From positions 42,020 through 106,019 of the forward strand of contig MCFE01000272.1 in the NCBI GenBank assembly GCA_002104905.1: 64,000 bases of DNA. The letters are read 5' to 3'. The stretch is from Basidiobolus meristosporus CBS 931.73. Lineage: Eukaryota; Fungi; Basidiobolomycota. The notes below the pieces were generated by a model that saw only the letters and a list, made by a program, of their open reading frames with translations, was not told the origin of the DNA and did not search any database. The position numbers were made by a program, and so were the translations under genes. Of the stretch, positions 25,509-39,520 are shown piece after piece; the first letter of the stretch is position 1, and each line of letters starts with the position of its first letter.

Positions 25509-27135
25509 TTACATCTTGGGGGGAATCAAGGCTTCCAGGAGATTCCCCCACGCCCCCTTGTCATATATATTACGGAGTTGGCTGATGCTCCGAACCTTGA
25601 TCAGGTCTTCGCGGTCGACGGCCGAATTCTCGTCTCTCATTACTTTGCGCTGTCTAACTTGGTCGTGCTGGACATGAACTACGGTGGCTTCGGCGGGATC
25701 TAGCTGAGCTTTGGTCATGTAACATCTTCCCTGTCTTATGTCGGCTCGAAGCCGCGCCCACTTGATGGATTCGTTGGTGGTGGTTCCCGAAGCAACGGTA
25801 TACAAGTGGAGGCCGAGAAAGAACGTCAGGATGACTGCGATCGCAAAGGAAAGAACACCCAACGAGAATAGCATCGGGTTGTCATCAATGACAAACTGTA
25901 GAATGATCGTGAGTAGCAGTTCACGTTGGAGAAAGCATTAGTGCATTTACCACCAGGTAGTCCAGCCAGTCTAGCTGGTCGAGTTGGTCGATATCCCCGT
26001 ACCAGGATTCGGGGAATCCGAGCTCTATCAGAATCACTGCCACTACGTAGGTGGCATACAAAGAAATGGCCAGGGTTGCTCCCAGAAAGACCAGGAAGTA
26101 GTGGTGGTTGCCTTGGCCGATACAATTGTTCACCCAGATACCTAAGTATTTATGCTGTGAATTCCAACCCATGGATGCATAGAAGTCATGGAGCCATTAC
26201 AATGATGATCGAAGAGCCCTACACACACGTTGCATCGTGAGCAGTGCTTGGAGCGCGCTGGCCTGTCCGTGCGATGCTCATGAGTCTAGGCTTTTCCGTA
26301 GCCATTTCAATCCGTTGCGACTGACCTTATAAAATGACAAGTTTCACACTCTTTAGGCTCGTAAAGAACATAATCATATTCATAGCGTCTCCTCGCCATG
26401 AGCGAGTTCTCGGCGTTGATAATCCCCGGGTCGCTAAACGACACAAGCCCAAACGACCCATAGGTGATTACCACCATCAGAGGGATTGTACAGCTGAAAA
26501 TAAACCGGGTGAGCCGGTTGTCAAACAAATCCAAGCAGAATCAACGTACTAGTGAAAATCAGCGAGTGAGGTGTCCGCGAGCTTACTCCATCCCCTCGAA
26601 AAAAAGACCCAAACTCCGAGGGTGAGAAGAAAACAGTACAAGCCCTAAAGGCCTTCCAGGTTAGAGAATGGCCTAATAACAAACGACAAAGTGGGGGATC
26701 CAACCTGCAACAGAGGATTTGCCGCATAAATCACATAGTTGTATGTCCGCTGGATAGTCTGAATTTGCTTTCTTCCTACAACCGGAAGTAGCAGTACTCT
26801 GTGTCATCAACGGAAAAGACAACTTAGACAATGCCCCGCCTGGCGAGAAACTTCAGAGCTTACTTCAAATCATTTACGAACTCCTCAAAAAGAGAGTTGT
26901 ATAGCCAGCCAAAGAAATTTGTTCTTCTCCAGAAGTTAGTACCGAGAAACGAACAACGCATCCTAGATAATCCAACCTGGAGTTTGCTCTGGGTCCTAAT
27001 AGCAGGATCGATATGAGCAGCAAGATGAGGCTTATCCCAATAAGGCAGAAAACAATCAATCCTCCCTGTTAATAATAAAGATGTTCAGGTAATCAGATGG
27101 TCAGAGTAAACAGTACAGGAATAACAGCGTACCAT
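25509..27135 (-). CDS. SWF1: DHHC palmitoyltransferase (Swf1/ZDHHC4-like), multi-exon
   Basis: ECETCHFI|[22 protein letters not shown]...NNCIGQGN; TTNESIKW and NIYDKG motifs; probable ATG mini-exon at 27135-27133 followed by a GTACGC...TAACAG intron. Confidence 0.88.
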
Positions 27136-28804
27136 TAGCAAGGCTGCCGTCGCGTGTTTACCCACCACTATATATCAAAAATGGTAGATGACACTTCCTA
27201 GTTCCAAGGGATTGATAACCCAGTGTTATCTCAATTGCTGAAAACATGTTTAACAAATCACATTACCAAAAAATTGGTTTACTTTGAATCGGGCTAAATA
27301 TTTATGATGTATAATGCCAATCTGCTGAAATATCCCCCATTACCTATCGACTTTAGATCTACCTTGTTCCATAAGCCAGAAACCCTATGCAAGCGACCAG
27401 AATAGATAGAAGGCGTTCAGTCACGTGACTAGACATTATAATACCGTACTCCACAACCAACTAGGCATGGTCATGGTAATACCCCGGGTATTTTAGGATT
27501 TCTGTTTCATGTTTTGCCTACCGCTCATGATTTCTATATCTGTCCTTATGCATCATCTATTTGGAGAACGGAGAATTTCCTACACCTCCAATTCATGGCG
27601 CTCCTGGTTACGGATTTCAACGCCTTCGAAGCAGGAATACACAGCACGCCTAACCTTTAACAGAATTGGCCTGCTTAGCTCAGCTCTCAGTATTTCGAAT
27701 GGTACTCTACAATGTCTGACGATAAGTACCCATAATTGAGGCTAGACCCATATACATTGTAGAACCCAAACACTGCCATCACTGCATATCGAGGACTCCT
27801 TGTGGAATGGAGTCGAATTGCCATTTGCGAACATCTAAGATGTCCCTTTTGCCAGGATGAGATAGGGATTCGGCGATGCCCTTTTTCCTGGCCCACTTAT
27901 CCATACTGCTAAGCGGTGACCAGGGACTGGTTTAAATCCTTCAAGCCTCCTCTGCACGTTGCAAGGTAATGGCCTCTCGGTTGCTGACTGCTTTTCCTGT
28001 TCCAACCAAACCAATCTGTTCAGAATCATCATGTAGGGGCAATGGAGGTTATCATTAGTGTCAGAAATGAGGGATCCCCCAGTGACTCTGAGGCTCAAGA
28101 AATAGGAACATCTGGTGCCATTGGTTACGACTTGGATTGAGATACTTGGCTGCTCGGCTCATACCTCAGGCGCTACTCTGTAGTGACCAATTACCCAATG
28201 GACTAAATGTACTGGGAATGGACATGCACGGTGATGGCCATCCAAGCACTTCTTCATTGGTAAAGACCATTTGAACGGATTCCCATTTTTGCAGCCATGC
28301 AGTCTGCGAGTACACCGCATGAAACCTTTGCAATTGGGAAATATCGAAGAAAATTCGAGAAGGATTAGTGATACAATGGCGACACAGTTAATGTGTGTTT
28401 GAGGACAATCCCATTGACTCACCAGCTCATGCAGTCCGTATATGGAAAGAACAAGGAAGGCATGAAATAGTTCTAGTTTCTTTCCATATCCGAAAGGTTC
28501 ATTATTGGTATCTGTTCTAGAGAATTGCCTAATTTGAGGAGAAATCCGAGGGGTTGTATAAGAAGTAGAGCTGCTGATGATTTTGATAAGGAGAAATGTT
28601 ACACCTAATCATATCACAATAGCTAGGAATATACAAATGAGCAGTGTGATCACCTCATTGTAACACGAAGAGTGCGAGGCCGTTACCAATGACAGTTGGG
28701 GTTTGTTGATCAAGCGTCCATTGCTGTAATATATAAGTTGCATAGAACATTCTATGCTTCCTCATTACCTTTTTTGTAAACTCGTCACACGCTTTGTTGA
28801 CCAA

Positions 28805-29425
28805 ATGCTTTCACTGAATACCTGCTCTGGCGCCTTGGTTGTGCTGCTTACGCTCGTGAATCCAGCTGTATCTCATATCACCGCTAATCCAAGCGCAGCT
28901 TACTTGAATACTTACTTCCAGACGGCGTTTCGCGTTCCCCATGGCTGCTCAGGCTCGCCAACCGTGAAGTTGACTATTGATATCCCTGATGGCGTTATCA
29001 ATGTTGCGCCTCACCAGATCTACAATTGGACCATTTCCATTGCCTACCGTCCACTCTTTCCTCCCGTCATCAGTGAGGGGGCAGTTGTTAACCAAACAGT
29101 CAGCTCGGTTACATATTCCGGTTATTTAGATCCAACCTGCTACGAGGACTTCGGAATCTCCATGAAACTGCCTGCCCAGGTTCCAAACAGCATTCTGTAT
29201 TTCCCCGCCCATCAGATTTGTGTCAATGGATCCACTGATTGGACCAATACTCCACAGAGTGGCCAAAATGCGATGTCATTGCCCGCCCCAGCACCTAGTG
29301 TCCAAACGGTTCCTCAGCCGTCCTCCAACAGTGCCAGCGGGGTTGCCGCTGCGGCGTCCTTCACCAATGCATCGAGCCACTCGCTGGCATTGGCATTCAT
29401 TTTGATCTTTGCATTTGCCCACTAG
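28805..29425 (+). CDS. YcnI-like (DUF1775) secreted or surface protein, copy 1, intronless
   Basis: Signal peptide then HITANP; FRVPHGC.GSPTVKLTIDIPDG; GSTDW; hydrophobic C-terminus. Confidence 0.8.
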   Translation: MLSLNTCSGALVVLLTLVNPAVSHITANPSAAYLNTYFQTAFRVPHGCSGSPTVKLTIDIPDGVINVAPHQIYNWTISIAYRPLFPPVISEGAVVNQTVSSVTYSGYLDPTCYEDFGISMKLPAQVPNSILYFPAHQICVNGSTDWTNTPQSGQNAMSLPAPAPSVQTVPQPSSNSASGVAAAASFTNASSHSLALAFILIFAFAH

Positions 29426-30083
29426 TTTTCCCTCGTTGATTGCTCCACTTTAATGTATGTAACCGAAATGCAGTTCCATGGGTTTCGTAACATCAGGTGA
29501 AGTGCTGAATTGCTGTCTAATAAAACCACAATTCTTTATCGGTGTCTGTGATACCATGGGAGTGGAATCAGATGGATATTGGTATTAACCCGTGCAACCA
29601 TAACACCCATTTGATTAGATGGAATGAATTGATGGGACTACTGGCTGAGACCAGGCTGTTGCTGGAAAACTTTTCGAACCCCCTATCCTGTGGTGACTGT
29701 TCTAGAAGCCTTCCATTTGAGATGGTCTCACGAGGAATCACGACATCTTCACAATTCCATGACAACACCACTTACGGTGCTAACCGATAAAGCCATTTGG
29801 TCCAATCAATGCAGCCTGCTGCCATGTTTTCTGGAAGATTTCCTTTCCTGGGCAACCTGAGGGATATGTAAATTAAGCTTCATTGCACTGTGAAACCATC
29901 TACATGACGAGCAGCTTATTATTCTCCCAGGTATGTATTGATCCGTTGCAAATTTGTATCGACCAGATAGCACCCCCTGGTACGTTGGAAGTGGAAACCT
30001 GCCTATAAATATGCCAAAGCTCACTGGTAGCTTTCGACAAGCTTGTCTGATTCATACTATCTCCCACTGAGCAAATCTTGAAT

Positions 30084-30698
30084 ATGGTCTCCTTCAGAGC
30101 TCTTTTCACCTCCACAACCGCCTTCTTGGCCACTCTTGCTCCTGTTATGTCTCATGTCACTGCTAATCCCAACGCCGCCTACCTGGATTCTTACTTCCAA
30201 ACCTCCTTCCGTGTCGGTCACGGGTGCTCAAACTCCCCAACTGTCAAGCTAACCATTGATATTCCCGATGGTGTCACCAGTGTTGCCCCTCACCAGCTTT
30301 ATAACTGGACCATTGCCATCAATTATCGCCCTTTGGTTCCCCCTGTCACCAGCCACGGAGAAACCATCAATCAAACAGTCAGCTCTGTTACCTACACTGG
30401 TTACCTGGAGCCCACCTATTATGAAGACTTCGGTGTCTCTATGAAGCTCCCCGCTCAAGTTACCAACAACGTGCTGTACTTCCCAGTCCATCAGATCTGT
30501 GTCAACGGATCTACCGAATGGACCGACATTCCCCAACCCGGAAAGACTGGCCAATTGGCTTCACCTGCCGCTAGTGTGCAAACTGTCCCCAAGCCTGCCA
30601 CCGATGGTAAGGGCACCACTAGCGCTGCTACCTCCATGACTTCCGCCAGATCCCTCTTAATCCTAGCTCTTACAGCTGTGTCTGCCATGGCACTCTAA
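30084..30698 (+). CDS. YcnI-like (DUF1775) secreted or surface protein, copy 2, intronless
   Basis: Paralogue of 28805-29425: HVTANP, FRVGHGC, GSTEW, Ser/Thr spacer and hydrophobic tail. Confidence 0.82.
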   Translation: MVSFRALFTSTTAFLATLAPVMSHVTANPNAAYLDSYFQTSFRVGHGCSNSPTVKLTIDIPDGVTSVAPHQLYNWTIAINYRPLVPPVTSHGETINQTVSSVTYTGYLEPTYYEDFGVSMKLPAQVTNNVLYFPVHQICVNGSTEWTDIPQPGKTGQLASPAASVQTVPKPATDGKGTTSAATSMTSARSLLILALTAVSAMAL

Positions 30699-31288
30699 TT
30701 TAATGTACACAGCCAAGTGCAACGGTAGAATCCTATGGTCCCCTGTATGTAATCGGCATTAAGCTTAACCATCATACCCATTCAAGTTGATTAATTAAAG
30801 TTGAATATTCCATTCACCACAAATGGCCCACCCATGTATCATGCTATCTTTATGCTATTAATTTATACCAACATCCAGTCAGTAGTTGCATGGGGAATCA
30901 GCATTCCTTCACGTCACACTGTTCGGTAAATAGAGCTGACACTATCCGGCTCTGGCCGAGATGTTGGAAACACAGGATTTCGTTGATCAATTCGTACATA
31001 TTGCCCAACAGATTCCCTCTGGTATGCACTACATGAATTAAGCCTAGGCTACAATAGCCATGTATGTAACAAAACGGTCGTAGTTTGATATTGATGTGGT
31101 CCTCCTCCTCCAGTAGCATTCAGCATCGGTTGCTTACTCACATCCAATCTTTGGGCTCATGAGCATCGTTGGGTAAATAATTCGTGCGAGGCTAGTATTT
31201 ACAGGTAAACATTTTACATTTATTATTCAAATTTCAACACATCGAATGTCATGATATCCGACATTGGTGTGGAATGTGGGCGATATGC

Positions 31289-31576
31289 CTAAGAGTTCCA
31301 GTTCATACGAGCATCTCCCTTGGTGGCTCCAGCTTTGCCTTCGGCTTGCATTTGCTCGTTACCAAGGGCGCCTCCGACGGTGTCCTTGATGTTGCCCTTA
31401 ATCTTTTCACCGGCACCTTGGGCGTAGCCTTGAGCTTGGGCGCCCTTATATTCAGCATCGGCACTGGCGCGGTCGGCTTTTCCTTCGGCTTGCATCTGTT
31501 CGTTGCCCATCATGTTCCCGAGGTTTTCCTTGATGGCGCCACCAGCGGACTTCAAGTTAGCGTTGATCTTATCCAT
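31289..31576 (-). CDS. CsbD-like small stress protein
   Basis: Two repeats of G.IK..(L/V)G...GNEQMQAEGKA; TATA-like TATAAAA upstream. Confidence 0.8.
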   Translation of the reverse strand: MDKINANLKSAGGAIKENLGNMMGNEQMQAEGKADRASADAEYKGAQAQGYAQGAGEKIKGNIKDTVGGALGNEQMQAEGKAGATKGDARMNWNS

Positions 31577-34500
31577 AGTAGTAGAGAATGTTGTTGAACT
31601 TGTCGGGACTGAGGGTCAACTCCGCACTTTTATACATGTTACGAACGAGGTACGCTGACGATCATGCCAGGAAACGTCATCCATAGAAATTTATGAGTAT
31701 GCTCCTTAGCGTTGATACGTGTCATACAGTTCATACCTTGCAGCAGCAAAGCTAATGGTTCGATCTACCTTGCTTGCTGAAATCGATTTTTGGAAACAGA
31801 TCCCACTACATGGAGCCAACCGTATCGTTTACATGCTCGCAATTGCATCATCACCCGCAATACGTGTACAGCCAATCCAATAATGCGGGCCGTGTTCATT
31901 GACACTTTGTTTCTTCCTCTATTCGAGCGACCAGTCATCCTCGCCCTAGAGCCTGATTGGCCATAAGGGCTGATGTCGTAGGCAGGCGCGTTTAAGAGTG
32001 ATAGTGATACCTCCCCTAATCAGTGTCACTTTTAATGCAACTTTCCGCCAATTTATTCTTATGAATGCTGGAATAATCAAACTAGTGCTAGATCTGTTTA
32101 ATGAGCATGGTCGGTGGAGTCAGGCTTGAGCAGGCGATACGTAGTCTGTTCAAATTGACCGCACAGTAATTCTAGCGATTTGCTATGGAATACATACGGG
32201 GGGTCTTTTCAAAAATCTTATTTGAACGTGCCATTCAAGAAGGTCAGAGAGACCCGAGTGAGCAGAAACAAATCAATATTTATTGAAGCTTGGTGCTGAG
32301 GCTCTCTTTTTTCCAGTTGGTAATAATATCGTCTTCTTCCCAGGTTGCTTGGTCCTGGAACTTATCCTGGTAATGGCAATGCCCGGTATGAGAGGAGTGG
32401 GGTTTCTTGGTTACCTTTTCGCTTGAGGGGGTATCATCGCTTTGCGCGGTCCTCCGCGAGTCAGCTTGACCTTTAGACAGTTTGGTTTTCTGGTCCATCA
32501 CGATTGACTAGTCAGCTAAGCCAATCTTCCTTATATATGGGTCGTGCGAGTGCTCTTCGGACTGCAGTTACGTCAGTGGGACATCAAGTGATGGCTTGCC
32601 AGTAAAATGCTAGAATAACATGTTAAACATGACTTATTTAAATGAGTCAGGCAGTGCTTCGAATCCTTATATTTATTCTACAAAGTTTTCCACCATATTC
32701 CTAGTAGTGATGATCGCTCGATGAGTCAGCGCTCTAGAAGGAGCCCAACTCCCCCATTCGAGCGAGACTTGGGCAATGGCTATCGTGCACGGTTTAATAT
32801 CCTTTAACAAGTCCACTCTGGCACGGAATATTAGGCCATTCGTAGATCATGTAGAGGTTGCTTACTTACTCATCATCCTCGCCTCTACATTGTACCCGCC
32901 ATGCCTGGGACGCAACCGGGGCTAGTATCCTTTCAAGTTGACATATGCAGTACGCCCTGACAATACGTGATTCGTGTGGAGTATAGTCATATGTTTCGAA
33001 CAGTCACAGAATTTAACTTTTCATGCCATCTACTACTACGAGCCACTTGATGCCGCCAACCACGTTTCAGAAGTGCGCCAGATTGGGAATCACCAATCAG
33101 GGTGTGTGAAAGTTTCCGCTGAGAAGTCTAGATCACTTGGAGGGATTGAGGGATGCTGGAAATGGGCCAATTCGATGCGTAGGGTTTACTCTTTCGCTTC
33201 GGATGCTGGCACCTTATGTATGGTGCTCGTCGTTTTATGGTGACTAGCCCCTCTTGATTTCCACTACCATCAAGCGTCGCGCATACTTCGACGTGATGCC
33301 ACGTATCCATTCCTCTAGTAGTGGCAGTGTTGTCAAGATACTGTAGGACTTCGGTAACCCATCGCTCGCTGTATGACTTGGGGGTGGATCACCAGATCGC
33401 CCAGAGCTGGTCACACTGCTCGGATGAATGTTTGGCGCCGCAGATATTACGAAGTTGGTTCGTAAGGAGCTGTGACATTCTTGTAGAGTGTTGGTATTGA
33501 TGGCTGTGGAGGCAAGAGTTGGGCTGTGCTTGAGGGCATCAAATTGAGGAGAGACAGAAAGCTCGGCCAGGATCTTCATTGATGCCATCTACCTATAGTG
33601 CAGCTTTGTACTCGCCTGGTAAGATACGGGCACTGATGGGGTGTTGGCATTTCTCCCAATTGTCCCGTGAAGCACTTAATCAACAATGTGCAAAGTTGCA
33701 TAGAGTATTTAAGTTTCAAATAAAATTCAATCGAAGGCAAGTGGGGTTTGGCACTGTACATAATCTCTAGGATAAATACAACCAATAACAGTTTCTGAGG
33801 TGTTTACACCATAAGGTGTGATCATTCGAATCTGAATCTGAACCAGGCATTTATCCAGATTATGCGGGGATGAGTTCATGCTGTGCTTGAGGATATTTTC
33901 ATACCTTGATCAAACTCATACATAGTGGTTTCACAAGAATGATTGTCCGAAACGTCCGTTGAATGGATCTAAGGTGTACAGTTATACTAGCATGAGATAC
34001 AAGAATCCGGTATATTTCTTGATTGCTCATAGCGTTCCCCACAATAGAGCAATAGTAGGTGACACCCGGGACATTGCTAGGTAGGCAATATCAACATCAC
34101 CTTCAAGCGTCACCAATACGCTCTTCGCTGTAAAGCCCTGAGCTTGAGTGCTAGTGACAGCTAGTTCAGTAGAGCTAGTCTTTGTTCATTTCATTTACAG
34201 GGTATGCTCATTATAGCCAATATTTGATCAACAAAATTCGTTCGAACCACCCTTTTTCGCAACTCTGACACCTTGAAACTGATTCACCCCTCCAGAAGAG
34301 AGTTTAGAAAGAGAAAATCTAACAACCTATGGTCGGATTTGTAAAGCAAGAGCGTGCTTGAGCAGCCCTCAAAGCATTCAAGGCGTCTTTGGGGCTACCT
34401 ATATTAAATCTCCCGGGTGGTGGCGTAGTTAATAGCTTATCACAATCTCGCATACCATCAAGGCCACCCACCTCCCCGAGAGCCAAGTCTTCAAATATCG

Positions 34501-35316
34501 GGGCAGCCGCTGGAGTACATAGTCTCTGTAGAGAAATGAGGGAAGGGAACAATCCAGTCTAATCTTCACCTGCATGCTAGTCTACAGCAGATACTGCCGA
34601 ACATTCATTCGAGTTAACCTCAATCCAACGTCTTCGCGATTAGGCTAGTGCACCATGGTTGCCCAGGAACTACTAAATAGAGATATATCGGGGAATTCCT
34701 CTGCTTGGGCTGCGGCACGAAATGATGGATTTCTCACCTGACAGAGTTGTTTCCTGCACTTACTGAAAATATTTGGGTGATCCTATTGGTGATTGGTGGC
34801 ATTGGTAGGAGCTGGTAGTGAATGGCCACCATTTGTTCACGACGATTAGTGAGCATTCACTCGAGGACAATCAGGCACGATCCCATGATTGGATATCGAT
34901 CTAACGAGTCAGAACAAATATTGTTCAAAATAAACATCCAGTATGGAGATGTTCAACCCCTACGTTGACGAAAAACAAATAGACACCTGATTGATTGGCT
35001 GGTGAAATCCCGATCACTTCACATTTAAGCGTGATCGAGGACCTAGCAAACTAGCGGTTTGGTAGTTCCCGTAGATCAGCTCCTTTCAGCTTCTCCTAGG
35101 TTGACCAACATTGGCCTATTCTTTATCGTTGAAAGGAAGCATTTTCACAGGTAGCCTCTCGATAATTAACTCTCACTTCACATAAGCCAAACTACAATCG
35201 GTAAATCAACCAGCTTCCAAATAACTCGCCTTTCTTGATAAGCTTTTTGAAGCTAATGCTCACTTCAATGACCTTGTGCATGTCATTCTTTATGTATCTT
35301 AGGCAAGGCTTTCTAA

Positions 35317-38300
35317 ATGGATGATATAGACAAAGACGCGTTCTTTAAGCATTTAGACGATGTCCTCTTAAGTTTAAAAAGCGAGTCGAACGACACTTCT
35401 GGCCGAGCAGACGATATGAAAACGGCCGGCGATGCTTTCGTGCAAAGTGTGGTCCAAGTCAGCTCCAAAGAAAAATCCACCCTTTCCCAGGGGTGCGGTA
35501 GCCATCAAGACCAGGGGCCTTCCGAACTGCGTCCACAACACAGGTCGGAAAACATGGGATATCAAGTGCGATCGGTCATTGGAAATTCGGAAGAGGATAT
35601 ATTGAAAGGAATGTACTCAGGGCTTTTGGGGTTACAAGACAACACTTCACCAGACCATCGATGCCAATCGCTTATTCACCGGGGTTCACGTTCTCTGTGT
35701 AGCACAGAGGAATTCGATCCAAATCAGTACAGAAACGAGCACTCTCCTAAGGGCATGTATGTGGATGATCTGCCGAGAAGACAGCTAAACATTGGCGGCG
35801 TTGGACGAACCGGGTATTTACTGGAAGATGAGCCAAGCTTATCACCAATTCCCAAAGACGCAAAACAACCGAGTCAGACACCGCCACCGTATTCGACCCA
35901 ATACCTTGATGTAGACTCATATATAGGTTCATTAAATGGCAGTTCATCATTGCACGATGAGACATTCCCACCGCCTGAAGTTTCATCTATACTAAGTCAA
36001 GGTATCTTGGATGAACCGTCGGTTCGGCATCGAAACCCCGCATGTATCGCACATCCCGGTACAGACCAAGAGATGGCCAATTCGAAGCATGAGAATTACG
36101 GGGCTTTTGAAACTGAGGACGATGCCAGTGATAAGAACACATCAGGCTCCATACCAAGTAGTCCAGAGCTTTATGCTTCGCCCAGGCGACCACCCGTGGA
36201 TCCGGCTCGTAGTAATTTCGGCCCCACGCTTTGTAAGGACCACAAGAATTCGAGGCTTTTGGATTATCAATCGTCCGATTGTCTGGCTAAGGATCTCAAA
36301 TCGATCCTATGCTTCACACGCCAAAAATCCTTTTCGACTTCGGACAACTCGCGTGCCGATGCACTGGAGGAGGATAAAGCTAAGGCGGACTTTACAGGCG
36401 ACAATGAAGAGCAAACGGATTCAAGCGAGACAGATGCCGACTCGGACTTGACATTTGGCGAGCAGTATTGTAAGGCTGGTTCCGCCTCTCGCCAGCTTCC
36501 ATTTGGTCGCAGGATTATCCATAGCAAACCAGCCAGGGAGAGCAAGCTGGAATCAACTCGAAAAAGAGCGAAGTTGAGCCGGGATGGTATGGGCATCTCT
36601 GGTAGGGTGTTGCGTTCGGAACTGCCTTCCCGATTGCCGAGCACCCACTCAACAGGTTCCGATTGCAATGAGCCAGATCATATTACGGGGCCAAAATCTC
36701 CTTCAAGAGATACTTCCGCGGAACCAGCGCATCATTTAGTCGATGGCCAACATCCCTGGAGAATTTTTACTGGAACGCGAATCTTTATCATTCCATGCAA
36801 GATTGACAAGACTCGTCTGAGCCTATTCAAGCAGCGACTGGAAGAAAGAGGAGCTGTCGTGGTCGGTGCTTATTCAACGCATATCACGCATTTGGTGAGT
36901 GAGTTGACTGGCATGCTCATTTTGCGTGAATTGGGTGTAAGTGAAGTCCCAGTAAGTAGAAATAAAATTCGTCCCGTAACCAAGCCTGAATGAGTTCATT
37001 AACCAGTGTCGCTGTATTGGCGACTTCCTGTGTTCATAGGAGCATGTAGTTGTTGTGCGATCTAACTGGATCTCGGAATCTGTCATGGTACGGCCTATTT
37101 CCCTTTTCATTGCATTTATCCACCATATGCAGTATCGGCCCCGTGTTGACTAAGGCGATTCTTTGTTTTCTCCGACCGAAGTTTGGAAGATTGGCTGACG
37201 TCGACAAGCACAAGGTATCCCTGGAGCCGCAGAGTTGCGTTGAAACTGCATCCCAGGAAGTCTCAACCGCCCTGGCCAAGGACCCCTCACCTGTTCAGAC
37301 TCCCAAGTTATCATCGAAAATACTCTGGTGGAAGCGGCGGTGGAGATACAAAAAGCGGAAGTATGAACCGGAATCCGACACAGATAAGGAGGCAGGGAAC
37401 TCCGGGAACGATAGGTCAGACAAACTCAACTATATTTATTGCTTGGACACCCATTCTTACACCCATTAGCGATCACGATGGCCCCACGAGGTTTTCAGAA
37501 ACCGAAAGTACCACGACAGCCACCCAAGGGCAGATTGACCAATGGTACCACCAGGTGATCTACAATCCCAGAATATCGAATTATTTATCGCCTCAACTGA
37601 CCCTGATATCCTGCGTCCGTCTAATGCTAATACAGTCAGGCGATTCTTGTCCACGCGCAAGTATCGAGCCCAAGATGAGTTCATCAACTAATCCCTTCAC
37701 GGTAATACGCCTGGATTCATCCTGCTACACAGCTCCCTAACATTTTCTGCCCTGCAACTGGTAACAGGAATTGAATTACGCAGAAGGTGCTACCTATTCA
37801 CCCAAGAGCAATGGCCCAAGAGAAAAGGTGGGTCCTTGGGTCAGTATGTCCTTGCTACACACGAATTAACTTACGCATTGCAGTACAATTGGGAGCAGAA
37901 ATTTCTTTGCATGCATCCAAATACACTGGACAAAGGAAAGAAAGGATGCCCCAATCAGATTATCATCAACAAACTAATGATCCTAAAAGAAGCATACGAG
38001 AGTGTGAACGATAAGTTTCGAGCACTGGGCTATACCAAGGCCATTGCCGCGCTCAAGAAGTATCCTAAGCCGATTACTTCCAAAGAGGAGGCTCTTCAGA
38101 TCCCGCGTGTGGGGAAGCGATTGGCTGACAAGGTGATCACCCCACTAAGCCATGGCTATTTCTCCACTTTAAATAACCAGCATTTTATGGCAAAGATCGG
38201 AGAAATCATCGCTAGTGGCCACCTTCAAAGACTAGACTATATCGGCGAGGATGTTCAAGTGATGGAGATGTTCACCAAAGTTTACGGTAAACCCGGCACT

Positions 38301-39520
38301 TTCAAATGCTGCATCGTGCCCCGGCTCAAAGTGCTGATCTTCAACAACCCCGTAGGCGCCGGCCCGTACCAGGCCCAAGTGTGGTATAACCAGGGATTCC
38401 GAACCTTGGAGGATTTGAGAACGAAGGCGGTGCTAAACCGCGACCAGAAAATCGGGCTGAAATACTACGAAGTAACTTTTCGTGGGAGAATCGATCCTTT
38501 TACATCACTAACCATCAATTTTCCGAAGGACCTGAATCAGCGGATGCCCCGCGAAGAAGTCGCCAACTACGCCAAAGTAGTCATGGAGGTGGCATCTGAG
38601 GTGGATCCCAAGCTTCAGTGTTATGTGGCAGGATCGTTTCGGCGTCTTAAGGTTGTATGCTGCACTCGCATGATCAGTCTATGCCACTCTTCACACGAGA
38701 TTTTAACCTTGTTTGCATCACACTGCATTAGCCAACTTGTGGTGATATCGATATTCTGATCACACGGTACATGCTGGATTTGATGGCAACTACAAGGATC
38801 GCCATGCTTCAAATCACTAACCCACCTGATGCTTTCCAGTGATCCCAGCGATGGAAAATCCCACCAAGGTAAGCACCGCCTGGGTAGCCTCCAGACCAAC
38901 AGCAGGTTCAGCTGACACTTTCTATCAGGGCTCCTTGCCAAGATCGTAGCCATCCTTTCAGAACGGAAATTCTTGACTGATGACCTGGCACTTCCCGCAG
39001 ACGAGACTGGAGCCAAATACATGGGCATCTGCCAATTGAACGGAGGACTGCACAGACATATTGGTAAAACATCGTCGTGACCTGTCGTACAAGGGATAAT
39101 CCCATTCAAATGGCCTTTTCAGACCTCCTACTAGTTCCATACAAGCAGCTGGGGGCTGCCCTACTCTACTTCACCGGGAGTGACATATTCAACCGAAGCA
39201 TGCGGTTGCTGGCTATCAAAAAGGTAATACGTCCCTGATCGATACAAACCCACTCCGACCGGTTAACTGATACGCTCCTCTGCGCAGGGCATGATGCTGA
39301 ACATGCACGGGCTCTACGACCAGGTACTGCGTGGTCGCAAAAGAAAAAACCTCTCGGAGGGCAGACTGATAGCCTCTTCCACCGAAAGAGAGATCTTCGA
39401 GAGGTTGGGCATGCCTTATCGGTAAGTGGGACATCAGGGGTTCGATAGAGAGTGGAAGCGGACTGAACCCGGATTGCGGAACTACCATTTAGTGAGCCGC
39501 ACGAACGTAACTGCGAGTAG
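35317..39520 (+). CDS. POLL: Family X DNA polymerase (Pol lambda/Pol4-like) with BRCT domain, multi-exon
   Basis: Long low-complexity N-terminus, BRCT-like segment (IFTGTRIF...GAVVV...ITHLV), lyase domain (YTKAIAALK...[11 protein letters not shown]), [26 protein letters not shown], final exon R|EPHERNCE*. Confidence 0.9.

Noticed and set aside
27500-28450. Several short ORFs
   Set aside because: No recognisable motif or coherent exon chain
32950-34600. Possible spliced minus-strand gene (ORFs 33244-33588 and 34319-34552)
   Set aside because: Plausible coding composition but no family motif and no exon chain I can support
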